A DNA stretch of 64,000 nucleotides from Candidatus Bathyarchaeota archaeon (GCA_963770935.1 CAVYRJ010000001.1:128001-192000), one strand, 5' to 3'. Counted from the stretch's first letter, positions 30,993-42,354 are shown. A program made the numbers and translations. The notes: generated from the sequence alone by a model not told the origin.

Positions 30993-31142
30993 TTTTGCTC
31001 AGCGCTATATTCATGTTTGAAGGTTTTATAATTTTTCTTTCCTTAAACGGATGCTTTTTGGTTAACGGTGATTTAGGGAAAAAAGAAATAACAAAGGTTA
31101 AATATTGCCTTAAAGAGAAAAAGAAGCTACGGAGATGTCGAT

Positions 31143-31364
31143 ATGACTGAATTAGAAATAGCTGTAGCTCCCATGCATAGATTATGTAAGAAAGCTGGCG
31201 CTGACAGGGTAAGTGAAGCAGCAGCAAAAGAACTCGCAAAGGCACTAGAAGATATTGGCGTAAAAATCGCCAAAGAAGCACTCGATTTTGCGATGCATGC
31301 TGGAAGAAAAACCATCAAAGCGGAAGATATAGAAATCGCCGCTAGAAAAATCATGGGAAAATAA
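31143..31364 (+). CDS. Archaeal histone (HMf family)
   Basis: APMHRLCKKAGADRVS...AMHAGRKTIKAEDI histone fold. Confidence 0.96.
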   Translation: MTELEIAVAPMHRLCKKAGADRVSEAAAKELAKALEDIGVKIAKEALDFAMHAGRKTIKAEDIEIAARKIMGK

Positions 31365-31384
31365 AGTAAGCTCACAACTTAACC

Positions 31385-31410
31385 ATTTCTCCCTTTCTTC
31401 TTTTTTGTTT
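31385..31410 (+). terminator. Oligo-T/pyrimidine tract after histone gene
   Basis: tttctccctttcttcttttttgttt about 20 nt past the stop. Confidence 0.5.
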
Positions 31411-31672
31411 AATTCTGCACTAATCGCGATGCTTTTTGAGTTTTCTATTTGGTTGTTGTCGGAGTGTTTTGGGTGCTCAGCTTTGCTGGGCGGCTGTGTT
31501 TTGGGTTTGTTTGTTGTGGTGGTTGTGGAAGCGTTTTTTCAACAAGGTTGTAGCACTTTGAACGATTAATTACAGCAATAAAAGCTAAAAAGCCACTAAA
31601 AAAACTCAAGTGACTAATTTCTAGCTTCTATTTTGCCAATCACATATGTTTTTGACTTAGCATTATTGAACT

Positions 31673-32425
31673 TTAGGCGGTCTCCGAGGAATCCCAAAGG
31701 AACTGGAAGTATTCTCGTGCGAACCCAACTAAGCCGACGTGGTTACTCCAAATGACAAGGGTTGGTTTGTCTTCCCCGAGGAACAGCATGGCTTCTTTGC
31801 CGTCCGCAATTACTCCGCCGCCGAACATGTGGTCACGGATACGCAGCTCGCTCAAGCCAGAGTATTTCTTTAAGAAAAGCCAATCTTCCTTTTTCCCAGC
31901 CGCCATAAGTTTAATGCGTACTGTCTTCTTTAAGCCGCTACCAAGCAAAGGTTCAGCAAGGGCAATAACTGGTTTAGCGAACTCAGGGGCAGCAATCACT
32001 ATTTCCATAGAAGCTTTTTTGAGGACTTCTTCAAGCTTTGTTAAAACTGCCTGTTGCCCCCGCAGAATCAGCATATCTGGTCGTTCAACGAGTTCCCGTT
32101 TTTCGTAGAGAGGTTGGAGGTTTTCAGCAACGGTGTTTTCCCAATTGAGGTATTTGTCTTCTAGCTGCAGTTTAGTGAACCTTGTTGCTTCCAAGGGTGG
32201 AACAGGGTAGTATTTGAAGGGTCGACTTTCAGTGTTTTTTATCCAGCCTTTCTCCTTGAGTGAGTTTAGGACTTCGTACATTTTGCTGTATGGCACCGTG
32301 GCTTGTTGGCTTATCTCCATAGCGGTCATTTGCCCGCCTTCTAGCAGCACTATATAAGCGTCGATTTCATAGGCGTTTAAACCCATTTCACGTAGAGCAG
32401 CCCGAGTGTCTTCATTTATTGACAT
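31673..32425 (-). CDS. TrmB-family transcriptional regulator
   Basis: GLNAYE...VPYSKMYEVLNSL..KGWI wHTH; C-terminal VIADGKEA effector domain. Confidence 0.9.
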   Translation of the reverse strand: MSINEDTRAALREMGLNAYEIDAYIVLLEGGQMTAMEISQQATVPYSKMYEVLNSLKEKGWIKNTESRPFKYYPVPPLEATRFTKLQLEDKYLNWENTVAENLQPLYEKRELVERPDMLILRGQQAVLTKLEEVLKKASMEIVIAAPEFAKPVIALAEPLLGSGLKKTVRIKLMAAGKKEDWLFLKKYSGLSELRIRDHMFGGGVIADGKEAMLFLGEDKPTLVIWSNHVGLVGFAREYFQFLWDSSETA

Positions 32426-32530
32426 ACTTTCCCCTCAATCACCTTAGGAAACGTTTGGAAACCTTATTATCATCACATCTGCACTTAAGCACTTCGAAAT
32501 TAACGCTTACATGCAAGAAGGCAAAATTAT

Positions 32531-34021
32531 ATGAAAGATATCAAACCTACAAGAAGCATCTGTCCAGAATGCCTAAAGGCAATAGACGCAACCATCTACG
32601 AAGACGATGGCAAAGTCTTCATCAAGAAAGCCTGCCCTGACCATGGAGCTTTCCAAGAACTCTACTGGTCAGACTACGATCAATATATGCGTGCAGAAAA
32701 ATTCCGCTTTGACGGCGACGGCATAGAAAACCCAAGGACCGAGAAAAAGAAAGGTTGCCCATATGACTGCGGCATCTGTCCTGAACATAAATCCCACACG
32801 GCCCTCGCCATCATAGACGTTACGAACCGCTGTAACTTGAAGTGCCCCGTCTGTTTTGCTAATGCATCGGCAGCTGGGTATGTGTATGAGCCAACAGCCG
32901 AGCAAATCACCGGCATGCTGGAGAACCTACACAATAACAAGCCGGTAGCTGCGACTGCGCTACAGTTTTCCGGCGGCGAACCCACCATACGTAACGAACT
33001 GTTCGATTTTATTCGAAAAGCAAAAGAAATAGGCTTCAAACATGTGGAGGTTAATACGAACGGCGTTCGACTTGCCTCAGACCCAGAATATGCCAAGAAA
33101 TTAAAAGCTGCGGGCGTCAGCACGATTTATCTACAGTTTGATGGTTTAACGCCTGATGTTTACAAGTTCATTCGTGGCTTAGATCTTCTGGATACCAAAA
33201 TGAAAGCTATTGAAAACCTTCGTCAAGCAGGATATGACAGCGTCGTCTTGGTAGTCACATTGGTTAAGGGCGTTAATGACCAACAGCTAGGCGACATTAT
33301 TCACTTCGCGGCCAAAAACTTTGATGTCATCCGATGCGTCAATGTCCAGCCCGTTTCCCTCTGCGGCAGACTTCCTCAGCAAGAGCGAGAAAAAATGCGG
33401 ATCACAATCCCAGATTTCATGAGCTTGGTTGAAGATCAAACAAAAGGAGAAATCAAAGTCTCTGACTTCTATCCTGTCCCAGTTGTTGTTCCTGTCTCCA
33501 AAGCAGTTGGAGCATTAAAAGACAAACGATACGTCGAATTTACTGCGCATCCACATTGTGGCATGGCAACCTTCTTGATTGTTGAAAACGGTAAAATGAC
33601 ACCAGTCACTCGCTATGGCAACATTGACAAGTTCGCTGGCTCACTAAAGCAGGTTTACGCTGATGCAATAAAAGGGAACAAAAGTAAAGCAAAACTTCGA
33701 CTCGTCGGCTCGGCACGTCACATAAAGTTCTCTTTCCTACGCAAATACTTACTCAAGGTTCTCATGGAAGGCGATTACCATTCCCTGGGAGACTTTGCAA
33801 GGAATATGCTGATGGTTTCATCAATGCATTTCATGGACCCCTACAACTTTGATCTTGAACGAGTGCAGCGCTGTGTCATCCATTACGCTGTGCCAGACGG
33901 CCGCATAATACCGTTCTGCACTATGAACTCCATCCATCGAACGGAAGTAGAAAAGAAACTTGGCATTCCAATCAAAGAATGGAAAGAGAAACATAAAGTT
34001 GAAATAAGCCAGGCAATCTAG
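32531..34021 (+). CDS. tes: Tetraether lipid synthase (Tes/GDGT-MAS, MJ0619-like radical SAM)
   Basis: SICPEC..CPDHG, GCPYDCGICPEH, RCNLKCPVCF, HPHCG, MHFMDPYNFDLERVQRCVIHY..PFC. Confidence 0.9.
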   Translation: MKDIKPTRSICPECLKAIDATIYEDDGKVFIKKACPDHGAFQELYWSDYDQYMRAEKFRFDGDGIENPRTEKKKGCPYDCGICPEHKSHTALAIIDVTNRCNLKCPVCFANASAAGYVYEPTAEQITGMLENLHNNKPVAATALQFSGGEPTIRNELFDFIRKAKEIGFKHVEVNTNGVRLASDPEYAKKLKAAGVSTIYLQFDGLTPDVYKFIRGLDLLDTKMKAIENLRQAGYDSVVLVVTLVKGVNDQQLGDIIHFAAKNFDVIRCVNVQPVSLCGRLPQQEREKMRITIPDFMSLVEDQTKGEIKVSDFYPVPVVVPVSKAVGALKDKRYVEFTAHPHCGMATFLIVENGKMTPVTRYGNIDKFAGSLKQVYADAIKGNKSKAKLRLVGSARHIKFSFLRKYLLKVLMEGDYHSLGDFARNMLMVSSMHFMDPYNFDLERVQRCVIHYAVPDGRIIPFCTMNSIHRTEVEKKLGIPIKEWKEKHKVEISQAI

Positions 34022-34055
34022 ATGTTGAGAATAAAAAGTTTCGGCAAGTGAAAAT

Positions 34056-34385
34056 ATGGGTGGAAAAAAGAAGCTCGGCATAAAGCAGATGGAAAAACAG
34101 CAAGTTAAAACTGACGACGATAAAGCGAAAGAAGCAAAGAAGAAAGAGAAGGCGGGACCTCCAAAAGAGCGAAAAACCATTGGCATAATGGTTCCAGACG
34201 CAAAAGACCAAAAGAACATCGCCGAAATTAAAAAAATGGGTGTCTTAACACCATACTCAGTTTCTACACGATACGGCATACGTATAAGTGCAGCCAAAGA
34301 TTACCTCGAACAACTCGAAGCAAACGGTTCAATACAACTAGTCTCTGGCAGCCATAACATCAAAATCTACAAACCTGCAGCATAA
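34056..34385 (+). CDS. rps25e: 30S ribosomal protein S25e
   Basis: MGGKKK basic N-terminus, LTPYSV..RYGIRISAAK..L..L wHTH. Confidence 0.88.
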   Translation: MGGKKKLGIKQMEKQQVKTDDDKAKEAKKKEKAGPPKERKTIGIMVPDAKDQKNIAEIKKMGVLTPYSVSTRYGIRISAAKDYLEQLEANGSIQLVSGSHNIKIYKPAA

Positions 34386-34431
34386 CTGCAAAAATTTACT
34401 TTATTTAAAATAATGTTCTTTATATTGGAGT

Positions 34432-34920
34432 TTGTTTTTCGTGAGTTTTCCAGACAGGGTTTATACGACAGAAGAAGTAAAAAATGCTAAAACATTAGTT
34501 GACCAAGGACATAAACACAATCTGATAGTTGAGGGCACACCTGAGTTTAGAAAGCAAGTCAACAACGCCCTTGAACTAATCAAAACCGCAGAATACTACG
34601 ACTTCTTACAATCCTACATACGGAAAATAATGGAAATCGACGGCATTACCCAACTTCGTGAAACAGAAGTCGCAATCTGGGCAAACAAGTTCGCCGTGGA
34701 AAACCCTGTAGACGCCGCAAGCTTATTCATCCAAAAAGCCTACCACATGAAAGAGTACCTAGAAGGCGAACTCTATTATGGCGGCAACGCAGAAAAACGT
34801 TCTGTGGCAAAACGCATCGAGTTCTTGCAAAATCTCAAAACTAAAACCGAAGATAAAGAAATAAAAGAAGAGTGTGAGAGGTTGCTTGAAATGTGGAAAG
34901 ACAGCTCTCTTGCTTTTTGA
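34432..34920 (+). CDS. Hypothetical protein
   Basis: 162-aa ORF with normal composition between conserved genes; no motif recognised. Confidence 0.7.
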   Translation: MFFVSFPDRVYTTEEVKNAKTLVDQGHKHNLIVEGTPEFRKQVNNALELIKTAEYYDFLQSYIRKIMEIDGITQLRETEVAIWANKFAVENPVDAASLFIQKAYHMKEYLEGELYYGGNAEKRSVAKRIEFLQNLKTKTEDKEIKEECERLLEMWKDSSLAF

Positions 34921-34922
34921 GA

Positions 34923-35336
34923 TTAAGCCGTTAACAACTGGACTTTTATTGTTAATCCACTTTTAATCTGCTTAAAAAGTTCGAGGTTACTCGTTATTTT
35001 TCCTAGGATGCTCACTGGACTGTAGGGCTGAGATTTACCATAAAACACGCATATTGCGCTGCCCATAGGCCAGAAAGCAATTGTACCTTGCTCTACGGTT
35101 GGCTTGGCTTTTTCCTCACCCATTTTTAGGGGGACTTCAAAGTAGACCTCTTCCTTCCAAAGGGCGGCTCTGCCTTCCAGGGGAAGTTTACGAACGATAT
35201 AATCAATTGTTCTTGGTGCAAGGAACCTAACGAGTTCCCCCTCAGCTTCACCTAAGCCTTCGATGATAAACTTAATCTTTATGCGGGAAACCCCTTCTTC
35301 GTTGCTCAATTGTTTATCTCCTTGAATAAAACCCAA
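34923..35336 (-). CDS. Cyclophilin-like fold protein (DUF369-like); probable TTG start at 35309
   Basis: APRT..LP, W.EEVYF, G.IAFWP.G.AICVFYG, SPV..LG. Confidence 0.8.
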   Translation of the reverse strand: MGFIQGDKQLSNEEGVSRIKIKFIIEGLGEAEGELVRFLAPRTIDYIVRKLPLEGRAALWKEEVYFEVPLKMGEEKAKPTVEQGTIAFWPMGSAICVFYGKSQPYSPVSILGKITSNLELFKQIKSGLTIKVQLLTA

Positions 35337-35410
35337 TAATTACTGCGAATCAGAGGTTATAGTATGTGAAGTGTAATTTAACTCTTACACTCCATAGAAC
35401 GCAAAGGAGA

Positions 35411-36529
35411 CTAAAGGAGACTTTGGACGGTATCGCCTATGAACTGTACTTGTTCTTCAGTTACTCCTGGGTGAATGGGCAAGGAGAACACTTGCTTTGA
35501 AGCTTTTTCGGTTTCTGGGAGTTTGGGGGTTCCAAAGTTTTCTCGATAAAACGGCATCTGATGAACCGGGTTAACGTAATATGCTTCGGCGCCGATTCCT
35601 TTGTTTTTCAGTTCTTGCAGAAGAGAGTTGCGTTGGGTTTCTGTTGCATCTTTTAGTCTTGCAGTGTAGAGATACCAGCTGTGCAGCCTATCTTTGGATT
35701 CATAGGGTAAAATGAGTTTACGATTTTTTCCAAGTATTTTTGTGAGTTGCTGCGCATTTTGTCGTCGTTTAGCTAGGAAACCGGCTAACCTTTCAAGTTG
35801 CACGTTGCCTATAGCGGCTTGCATCTCAGACATGCGATAATTTGTTCCAAGAATCAGTGAGGCATATTTGGCTTTTTCGCCGTGCGTCCTTATCATCCGC
35901 AAGGTCTCAGCTATTTGGTCATTATTTGTTGTTATGACACCGCCTTCGCCAGTCATTATGTTCTTGGCAGCATACATGCTCCAGCAAGCAGCGTCTGCAA
36001 TGGCGCCCACAGATTTCCCTTCATAGGTTGTTCCGTGAGCTTGAGCGGCGTCCTCCACCAAAGCCAAACCATTTTTGTCCGCAATCTCTCTAAGCGGCTT
36101 CATGTCGGCAGAAAAACCATACAAATCCACAGGCAATATTGCTTTGGTTTTTTTGGTTAACGCTTTCTCCACCGCTGAAGGTGCCAAATTGTAGGTTTCG
36201 GGGTCGATGTCGGCAAAAACTGGATTTGCGCCCGCCAACGCGACGGCTTCGGCGGTTGCTACAAAAGTGAAACTGGGCAAAATAACCTCATCACCATGCT
36301 TTACGCCAATAGCCATTACAGCTGCATGTAAAGCGGCGGTGCCCGTGTTAACGGCAACCGCGTGTTTGGCACAAGCCATTTTAGCGAAGCCTTTCTCGAA
36401 CTCTGTCACAGCAGGACCCATACCGAGTCCACTGGTTAACATGCCGCTTCTCATAACTTTAATGACTGCTTCGATTTCTTCTTCGCCGATTTTTGGAAGG
36501 TTAATGTATATCAAGGTAAATACCCTCAT
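35411..36529 (-). CDS. DegT/DnrJ/EryC1/StrS sugar aminotransferase
   Basis: GTAALH, TFVAT, EDAAQAHG, SMYAAKNIMTGEGG, NYRMSE, SLPIHP. Confidence 0.95.
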   Translation of the reverse strand: MRVFTLIYINLPKIGEEEIEAVIKVMRSGMLTSGLGMGPAVTEFEKGFAKMACAKHAVAVNTGTAALHAAVMAIGVKHGDEVILPSFTFVATAEAVALAGANPVFADIDPETYNLAPSAVEKALTKKTKAILPVDLYGFSADMKPLREIADKNGLALVEDAAQAHGTTYEGKSVGAIADAACWSMYAAKNIMTGEGGVITTNNDQIAETLRMIRTHGEKAKYASLILGTNYRMSEMQAAIGNVQLERLAGFLAKRRQNAQQLTKILGKNRKLILPYESKDRLHSWYLYTARLKDATETQRNSLLQELKNKGIGAEAYYVNPVHQMPFYRENFGTPKLPETEKASKQVFSLPIHPGVTEEQVQFIGDTVQSLL

Positions 36530-36657
36530 TCTTTAGCATACGCACTTTTGCATATTTTAACGTTAATCAGAAAAAAATGCCGTTTACAGTGACTTCACCA
36601 TAAAAGTCACATAGACTAATTAGGACTCGCTAGTTTAGACTTTTAGAGGAAAAATAA

Positions 36658-37046
36658 ATGATTGGTGAATTAATCGGCGAATTCAAGGGTAAAAACATAG
36701 GGTGGCGAGTGCTCCCTGATGGAAAGATGGAAGTAACGACGCAGGGAACCGAGAAGCTGATGGGAATAGACGCTTTCTTACTTTCTACCAGTGTAGGAAC
36801 TATGGCAAACCGGCGTTTTCATGGGAGAAGGAAATGGGGTAATTACGACGATGGAGGGCGACAATGTTTTGATGAAGGGTATTGCAGTCGGTTGGCCTTC
36901 TGGAAACGGAGGAGCCACAAGAACAGCAACAATCCATACTACCCAGTCACAGAAGCTTACGGCGCTAAACAAAATTGTTGGCATGCATGAGTACGAAACT
37001 GATATGCAAGATAACTGGATTGGCAAAATCCGGGAATTGGAAATAG
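36658..37046 (+). CDS. Hypothetical protein (~128 aa) with two apparent +1 insertions
   Basis: GAGG RBS; MIGELIGEFKGK... continues as GEGNGVITT...YETD...GKI.EWK* after removing extra bases. Confidence 0.6.
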
Positions 37047-37047
37047 C

Positions 37048-38199
37048 TTACTCGATTTTCATTTCCAGCGAAGTCTTGTAGTCATTAGTAACCATAATCC
37101 CACGAGTGCGAAAATCACTGATCTAATTCAGGATCACCAGTATCCACCCTCAAACTCTGCAACCTATCCAGTTTGCTCTTAGTTGCAATAACAACTATTT
37201 TGTCTAAGCCAACTTTGCGTATTACTTTTTGGCTTATCTGTTGGTTGCCTCTGCCGAAAATGAAGCCCTGCCCTCCAATAGGCGTAACAATAATTTGAGC
37301 ATTTTTTCCGCTAATAGCTTCAAGGATTTGTTTTTCGTTTACATCGCGTCCAATTATTTTCTTATTCATGAAAAGGTCGACCCCGAGTAGCGTTTTTTTC
37401 TGGTCCAAGCAGGTCTGCGATGGTTCTTGTGGTTGTTCCAGGACCTACAATGTAGAGTACGTTTGGCTTCATTTCTTCGATTACAAAGATAGCTATGGCT
37501 GCTTGGTTTTCCACCTCGTTCTCTGTCATGGGGCTTGCCATCTTGTTGCCCTGAATCAGATGCGGCTCAAAGGGGCTTAACAGGATACCCGTAAAGCTTC
37601 GCGGACAGATGCCCCATCCGAAACTCTTTCTCATCTACATCCATAACTTCTGCTTCCCTAAGCGGCAACCCACCCCACAAAAAACCAACAGCTACTCTGG
37701 CAGCCGCTTGAGCGCTAATGGCAAATATGGCGCTGTGCATTTTAACGCCTGTGGGAACACCAAGCACTGGAACCTTCATGTCGATAGCTTTTAGAATATC
37801 CCTTGTGGTTCCGTCTCCACCGCAAAAAACAAGCAAATCAACTCCCACATCAACTATGCACTTAGCGATGAATTGGGTATCCTCGGGGGTAGTTTCCGTT
37901 TTTTTCTCGCCCACTACTTTGAAAGTAAAGCCACATTTTTCTACTTGGTTTTGTCCCATGTTGCCTGCACCGACAATTAATTTTATGTTGTCTTTGGCTG
38001 GGCTTAGCTGGGTCAGGAAGGTTTCTGCTCTTTTGGTGGCTATGGGTTGGGCGCCTAGAGCTATGGCTTCTTTAAGAATTTCTTTGCCGTCTGTACCTTT
38101 TAATCCGACTGCACCGCCCATACCTGCCACAGGATTAACGATAAATCCGACAGTCTTCGTCGGACCAGCCTTTTCTTTAGCATTCAAGGGAATACCCAA
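37048..38199 (-). CDS. ATP-NAD kinase family protein, three apparent +1 insertions
   Basis: NPVAGMGG..GLKGTDG, GGDGTTRD, GVKMHS, GPGTT, TLLGVD, GGQGFIFGRGNQQ, VDTGD. Confidence 0.88.
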
Positions 38200-38262
38200 A
38201 TTAGTAATAATTGATTCATAAATAAAAAGAAAAATAAAATTAATTGTGGGAAGCTGCGGTTT

Positions 38263-39675
38263 TTAGTATGTTTCGCAGCCGATATACTTCTTGTTGACGT
38301 CGTGTAGCCACGGATAAAGTTTGTGCAGTTTATCCATGGATTCTGCGACTTTTTCGGTTGGGTACTCGTATGGCAAGAGTTTGCCGCTGAAGTACTCATC
38401 GTATGCTGCCATGTCAAAGAAGCCGTGACCGCAGAGAACAAACAGGATAGTTTTTGCTTCACCGGTTTGTTTGCATCTGAGTGCTTCGTCGATGGCGCCT
38501 TTGATTGCGTGTGAGGGTTCGGGTGCTGGAATTATACCCTCAGTTTGTAGGAAAAGCTTTGCGGCGTCAAATACTTCTATTTGGCTGTAGGCTTCTGTCG
38601 TCATCTTCTTCTCCTGTACCAGTACGCTGATGGTTGGAGCAATGCCGTGGTAGCGAAGTCCTCCTGCATGGATTGGAGCCGGTATGAAGTCGTGCCCTAG
38701 TGTGTGCATTGGGACGAGCGGGGTAATTTTTGCAGTATCGCCATGGTCATACTGATATATCCCTTTTGTAACTTTGGGGCACGCGGTGGCTTCTGTTGCA
38801 ACGAACTTTGTTTCTTTAGGAGCTTTCTTGGAGACTTGGTCGTAGTAGAAAGGCCACATGATTCCTGAATAACTGCTGCCTCCGCCGATGCAGCCATAAA
38901 CAACGTCGGGGTACTCATCCACCATTTCGAGTTGTTTCTTAGCTTCTAAGCCTTCAACGGTCTGATGTAGACACACGTGGTTGAAGACGCTACCGATCGC
39001 ATAGTTGGTTTCAGCTTCGTTGACTAATGCATCTTCTACAGCTTCGCTTATGGCTATGCCAAGGCTACCCTTGTTGTCTGGGTCTTCAGCGAGAATTTTT
39101 TTTCCTGCCTCAGTCCTGTTGCTTGGGCTGGCGATGCATTCTGCGCCGAAAGCGTTCATCATCATTCGGCGGTACGGTTTTTGGTCGTAGCTTGCCCGAA
39201 CCATGTAAACGGTAGCTTTTAGACCGAACATGCCTGCTGCAAACGATAGAGCGGAGCCCCATTGCCCTGCGCCAGTTTCTGTTGAGAGGCGTTTGGTACC
39301 TTCTTTCATGTTGTAGAATGCTTGGGGCACGGCGGTGTTGGGTTTGTGGCTTCCCGCTGGGCTTGTGCCTTCGTATTTGTAGTAGATTTTGGCTGGTGTT
39401 TTGAGGGCTTTTTCTAAACCGAGTGCTCGGAAGAGCGGGGTTGGTCTCCAGATTTTGTAGACTTCTCGGACTTCATCGGGGATATTTATCCAGCGTTCTT
39501 GGCTGATTTCTTGACCGATGATTTCTTTGGGGAATATTCTAGGAACGATGCCGACACCTGGCTGTTTTGTTTCCACATCTATGAATGGCGGAAGGGGATG
39601 TGGCAGGTCGGGCACGATGTTGTACCATTGTTTGGGTATATCGTTTTCTTTTAATAGGATTTTTCTGTCTGGCAT
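38263..39675 (-). CDS. trpB2: Tryptophan synthase beta, TrpB2 type
   Basis: [42 protein letters not shown]. Confidence 0.95.
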   Translation of the reverse strand: MPDRKILLKENDIPKQWYNIVPDLPHPLPPFIDVETKQPGVGIVPRIFPKEIIGQEISQERWINIPDEVREVYKIWRPTPLFRALGLEKALKTPAKIYYKYEGTSPAGSHKPNTAVPQAFYNMKEGTKRLSTETGAGQWGSALSFAAGMFGLKATVYMVRASYDQKPYRRMMMNAFGAECIASPSNRTEAGKKILAEDPDNKGSLGIAISEAVEDALVNEAETNYAIGSVFNHVCLHQTVEGLEAKKQLEMVDEYPDVVYGCIGGGSSYSGIMWPFYYDQVSKKAPKETKFVATEATACPKVTKGIYQYDHGDTAKITPLVPMHTLGHDFIPAPIHAGGLRYHGIAPTISVLVQEKKMTTEAYSQIEVFDAAKLFLQTEGIIPAPEPSHAIKGAIDEALRCKQTGEAKTILFVLCGHGFFDMAAYDEYFSGKLLPYEYPTEKVAESMDKLHKLYPWLHDVNKKYIGCETY

Positions 39676-39727
39676 TTTTTCGCCTTCTTGAGTTATAAAG
39701 CGTACTTTAAAGTTTTATTTAAGGCTT

Positions 39728-40306
39728 TTGCGTACAGTTATGTGCATATACAAACAACACATTTATACCCAAATGAGCAGAAATAAACACAAGCGACCCA
39801 AAATGTGGAACCAAATCAAAACCCAACTGCAAGAATATCCTGAACGCCTCAAAGTAGCGCGAGTATTAATAGAAAACGGCTTAAGCGCCAAAAACAACAA
39901 AATATACCTAAACCAAATCGAAATCCCACCAGTCCGCATAGCACGAGTGGCAGGAGTCGACAGACGAACAGTCAATGAAACTCTCAACACCATCAAAGAA
40001 AACCCTGAGCTAAGAATGATTTTTGAAGAAATCCGCCCAGCAGGACACTCCTTAAAAGAAATCGCAAAACACCTTAACTTAGGAGTTTTAGAGATTACAC
40101 CGATAAACGCAAAGTCGCCAGGAATCCTCTCCAACGCCGCCATGCTACTCAATAGGGCAGGCTTAAGCATACGACAAGCAATCGTCGATGACCCTGAACT
40201 CTCACCAGAACCAAAATTATCCCTGATTGTTGAAAAGAAAATTCCCGGAGAATTAATCCCTGAATTGCTAAAGATTTCAGGCGTAGCTAAAGTTTCAGTA
40301 TACTAA
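39728..40306 (+). CDS. Archaeal HTH+ACT amino-acid-binding regulator; probable start at 39803
   Basis: IARVAGVDRRTV HTH, PGIL, SIRQAIVDDPEL ACT-like domain. Confidence 0.82.
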   Translation: MRTVMCIYKQHIYTQMSRNKHKRPKMWNQIKTQLQEYPERLKVARVLIENGLSAKNNKIYLNQIEIPPVRIARVAGVDRRTVNETLNTIKENPELRMIFEEIRPAGHSLKEIAKHLNLGVLEITPINAKSPGILSNAAMLLNRAGLSIRQAIVDDPELSPEPKLSLIVEKKIPGELIPELLKISGVAKVSVY

Positions 40307-40393
40307 CTTGCGGAAATGAAATCTCAACATACTTCAAAATTAGCTAATGATGCAAAAACTGCTCACCTAGGCTTTGTTCGACATGTCTTGACT

Positions 40394-40408
40394 AGAAAAA
40401 CTTATATG
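40394..40408 (+). promoter_or_regulatory. BRE/TATA promoter of thermosome-rpo6 operon
   Basis: agaaaaa-cttatat about 50 nt upstream of the TTG start; GGAGG RBS at 40441. Confidence 0.6.
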
Positions 40409-40454
40409 GTTAGTAATGTCTTGTTGTTGTTCGCATTATTGGAGGTTACTTGAT

Positions 40455-42110
40455 TTGTCATCATCACAAACTGGGGTACCTGTTCTGGTTATGAAAGAAG
40501 GGTCAAAGAGGTCCCGTGGAAGAGAAGCCCAACACAGCAACATAATGGCTGCAAAAGTTGTAGCTGAAAGCGTCCGAAGTGCACTTGGTCCAAGAGGCAT
40601 GGATAAGATGCTTGTTGACAGCTTCGGCGACGTTACCATAACAAGTGACGGACGAACGATTCTTGATGAGATGGATGTTCAGCATCCAGCAGCAAAAATG
40701 CTCGTTGAAGTCGCTAAAACACAAGACAAAGAAGCTGGCGATGGAACAACTTCTGCAGTCATTATTGCAGGCGAGCTGTTGAACAGAGCAGAGGAATTAA
40801 TCGATAAAGACATCCACCCTACGGTTATAATTGACGGTTATAGGAAAGCCGCTGATAAAGCCCTGGAAACTCTTGAAAAAATCGCCGTTCCAATTGACCT
40901 AAAATCTCACGACTACCTCAAGAAGGCTGCAGCAACAGCTATGGGCAGCAAACTCGTAGCTGAATACAAAGATTACCTTGCTGACTTAGCCGTCAAAGCA
41001 ATGTTGGCAGTCGCCGAAAAACAAAGCGACGGCACCTACAGAGCAGATGTTGACGATGTGAAAGTTGAGAAGAAAACAGGCGAATCTTTGGCAGCTACAA
41101 GCCTAATCAACGGCGTAGTTTTGGACAAAGAAATCGTTCACTCAGGTATGCCCAAACGATTGGAAAAAGCAAAGATAGCCTTGCTTGAAAGTTCACTGGA
41201 GAATGAAAAACCAGAGATGGATGCGAAAATTAGCATTGAAACTCCAGAACAAATAGAGGCGTTCTTAAATCAAGAAGAAACCATGCTAAAAGACATGGTT
41301 GAGAAAGTCGTGGCTTCAGGCGCCAACATGGTCGTTTGCCAGAAAGGAATCGACGATATGGCTCAACATTTTCTTTCCCGAAAAGGCGTCATCGCCATTA
41401 GAAGAGCCAAGAAATCCGACATGGAAAAACTCGCCAGAGCCACAGGTGGCAAAATCATCAGCAACTTGGATGCACTTACATCTTCAGACCTAGGTTGTGC
41501 CGCTTTAGTTGAGGAACGCCGAACGGGTGATGACAAGATGACCTATGTTGAAGGCTGCAAGAACCCAAAGTCAGTAACGCTTCTAATTAGGGGTGGAACT
41601 CAACGGATGACTGCAGAAGCCGAACGCTCCATACATGATGCCCTCTGCGTTGTCAGGGACTTAATTGAGGAGCCAAAAATCGTCGCTGGAGGAAGCGCTC
41701 CAGAAATGGAAATGGCAAGCGTTCTTAAAAAATATGCTCAAACCGTTCAGGGAAGGGAGCAACTGGCAATCACAATATTCGCAGAATCCCTCGAAGCAAT
41801 AGCAAATACGCTTGCGGAAAACGCTGGCTTAGATCCAGTTGACATACTATCAGAATTACGAATTAGACATGAAAAAGGCGAAACGTGGGCAGGCATCGAT
41901 GTTCTCGCAGGCAAAGTCGAAGACATGACAAAAATAAACGTCTACGAACCTCTTGCAGTCAAGAAACAAATCATTAAGTCAGCAACTGAAGCCGCAACAA
42001 TGATTCTTAAAATCGACGACGTCATATCCTCAGGAAAAATGAAGACACCTCCTATGCCACCAGGAGGAGGAATGGGCGGTATGGGTGGAATGCCAGGCGG
42101 AATGATGTAA
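40455..42110 (+). CDS. ths: Thermosome (group II chaperonin) subunit
   Basis: [18 protein letters not shown]-rich tail; TTG start after GGAGG preferred over the ORF-track ATG. Confidence 0.97.
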   Translation: MSSSQTGVPVLVMKEGSKRSRGREAQHSNIMAAKVVAESVRSALGPRGMDKMLVDSFGDVTITSDGRTILDEMDVQHPAAKMLVEVAKTQDKEAGDGTTSAVIIAGELLNRAEELIDKDIHPTVIIDGYRKAADKALETLEKIAVPIDLKSHDYLKKAAATAMGSKLVAEYKDYLADLAVKAMLAVAEKQSDGTYRADVDDVKVEKKTGESLAATSLINGVVLDKEIVHSGMPKRLEKAKIALLESSLENEKPEMDAKISIETPEQIEAFLNQEETMLKDMVEKVVASGANMVVCQKGIDDMAQHFLSRKGVIAIRRAKKSDMEKLARATGGKIISNLDALTSSDLGCAALVEERRTGDDKMTYVEGCKNPKSVTLLIRGGTQRMTAEAERSIHDALCVVRDLIEEPKIVAGGSAPEMEMASVLKKYAQTVQGREQLAITIFAESLEAIANTLAENAGLDPVDILSELRIRHEKGETWAGIDVLAGKVEDMTKINVYEPLAVKKQIIKSATEAATMILKIDDVISSGKMKTPPMPPGGGMGGMGGMPGGMM

Positions 42111-42111
42111 A

Positions 42112-42354
42112 ATGTCAGAGCAAAAAATTATTGTAGGACCCCCAAAAATTACTCGCTTCGAGAAAGCAAGAATAGTTGGCGCACGTGCGCTTCAAATCTC
42201 GATGGGAGCACCAATCTTGGTAGATGCAGCTGAAAACACAAACCCAATTGACATAGCATTAAGCGAGCTTGACGCGGGAATCTTGCCAATCACAATCAGA
42301 AGAACCCTGCCAGATGGGACTTTTCAAGATATTCCATTAAAATGGCTATCTTGA
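42112..42354 (+). CDS. rpo6: RNA polymerase subunit Rpo6 (K)
   Basis: [21 protein letters not shown]...LPITIRR.LPDG. Confidence 0.96.
   Translation: MSEQKIIVGPPKITRFEKARIVGARALQISMGAPILVDAAENTNPIDIALSELDAGILPITIRRTLPDGTFQDIPLKWLS

Noticed and set aside
40416-40454. [10 protein letters not shown]-terminal extension on the thermosome
   Set aside because: It overlaps the promoter-to-RBS region; GGAGG at 40441 points to TTG at 40455.
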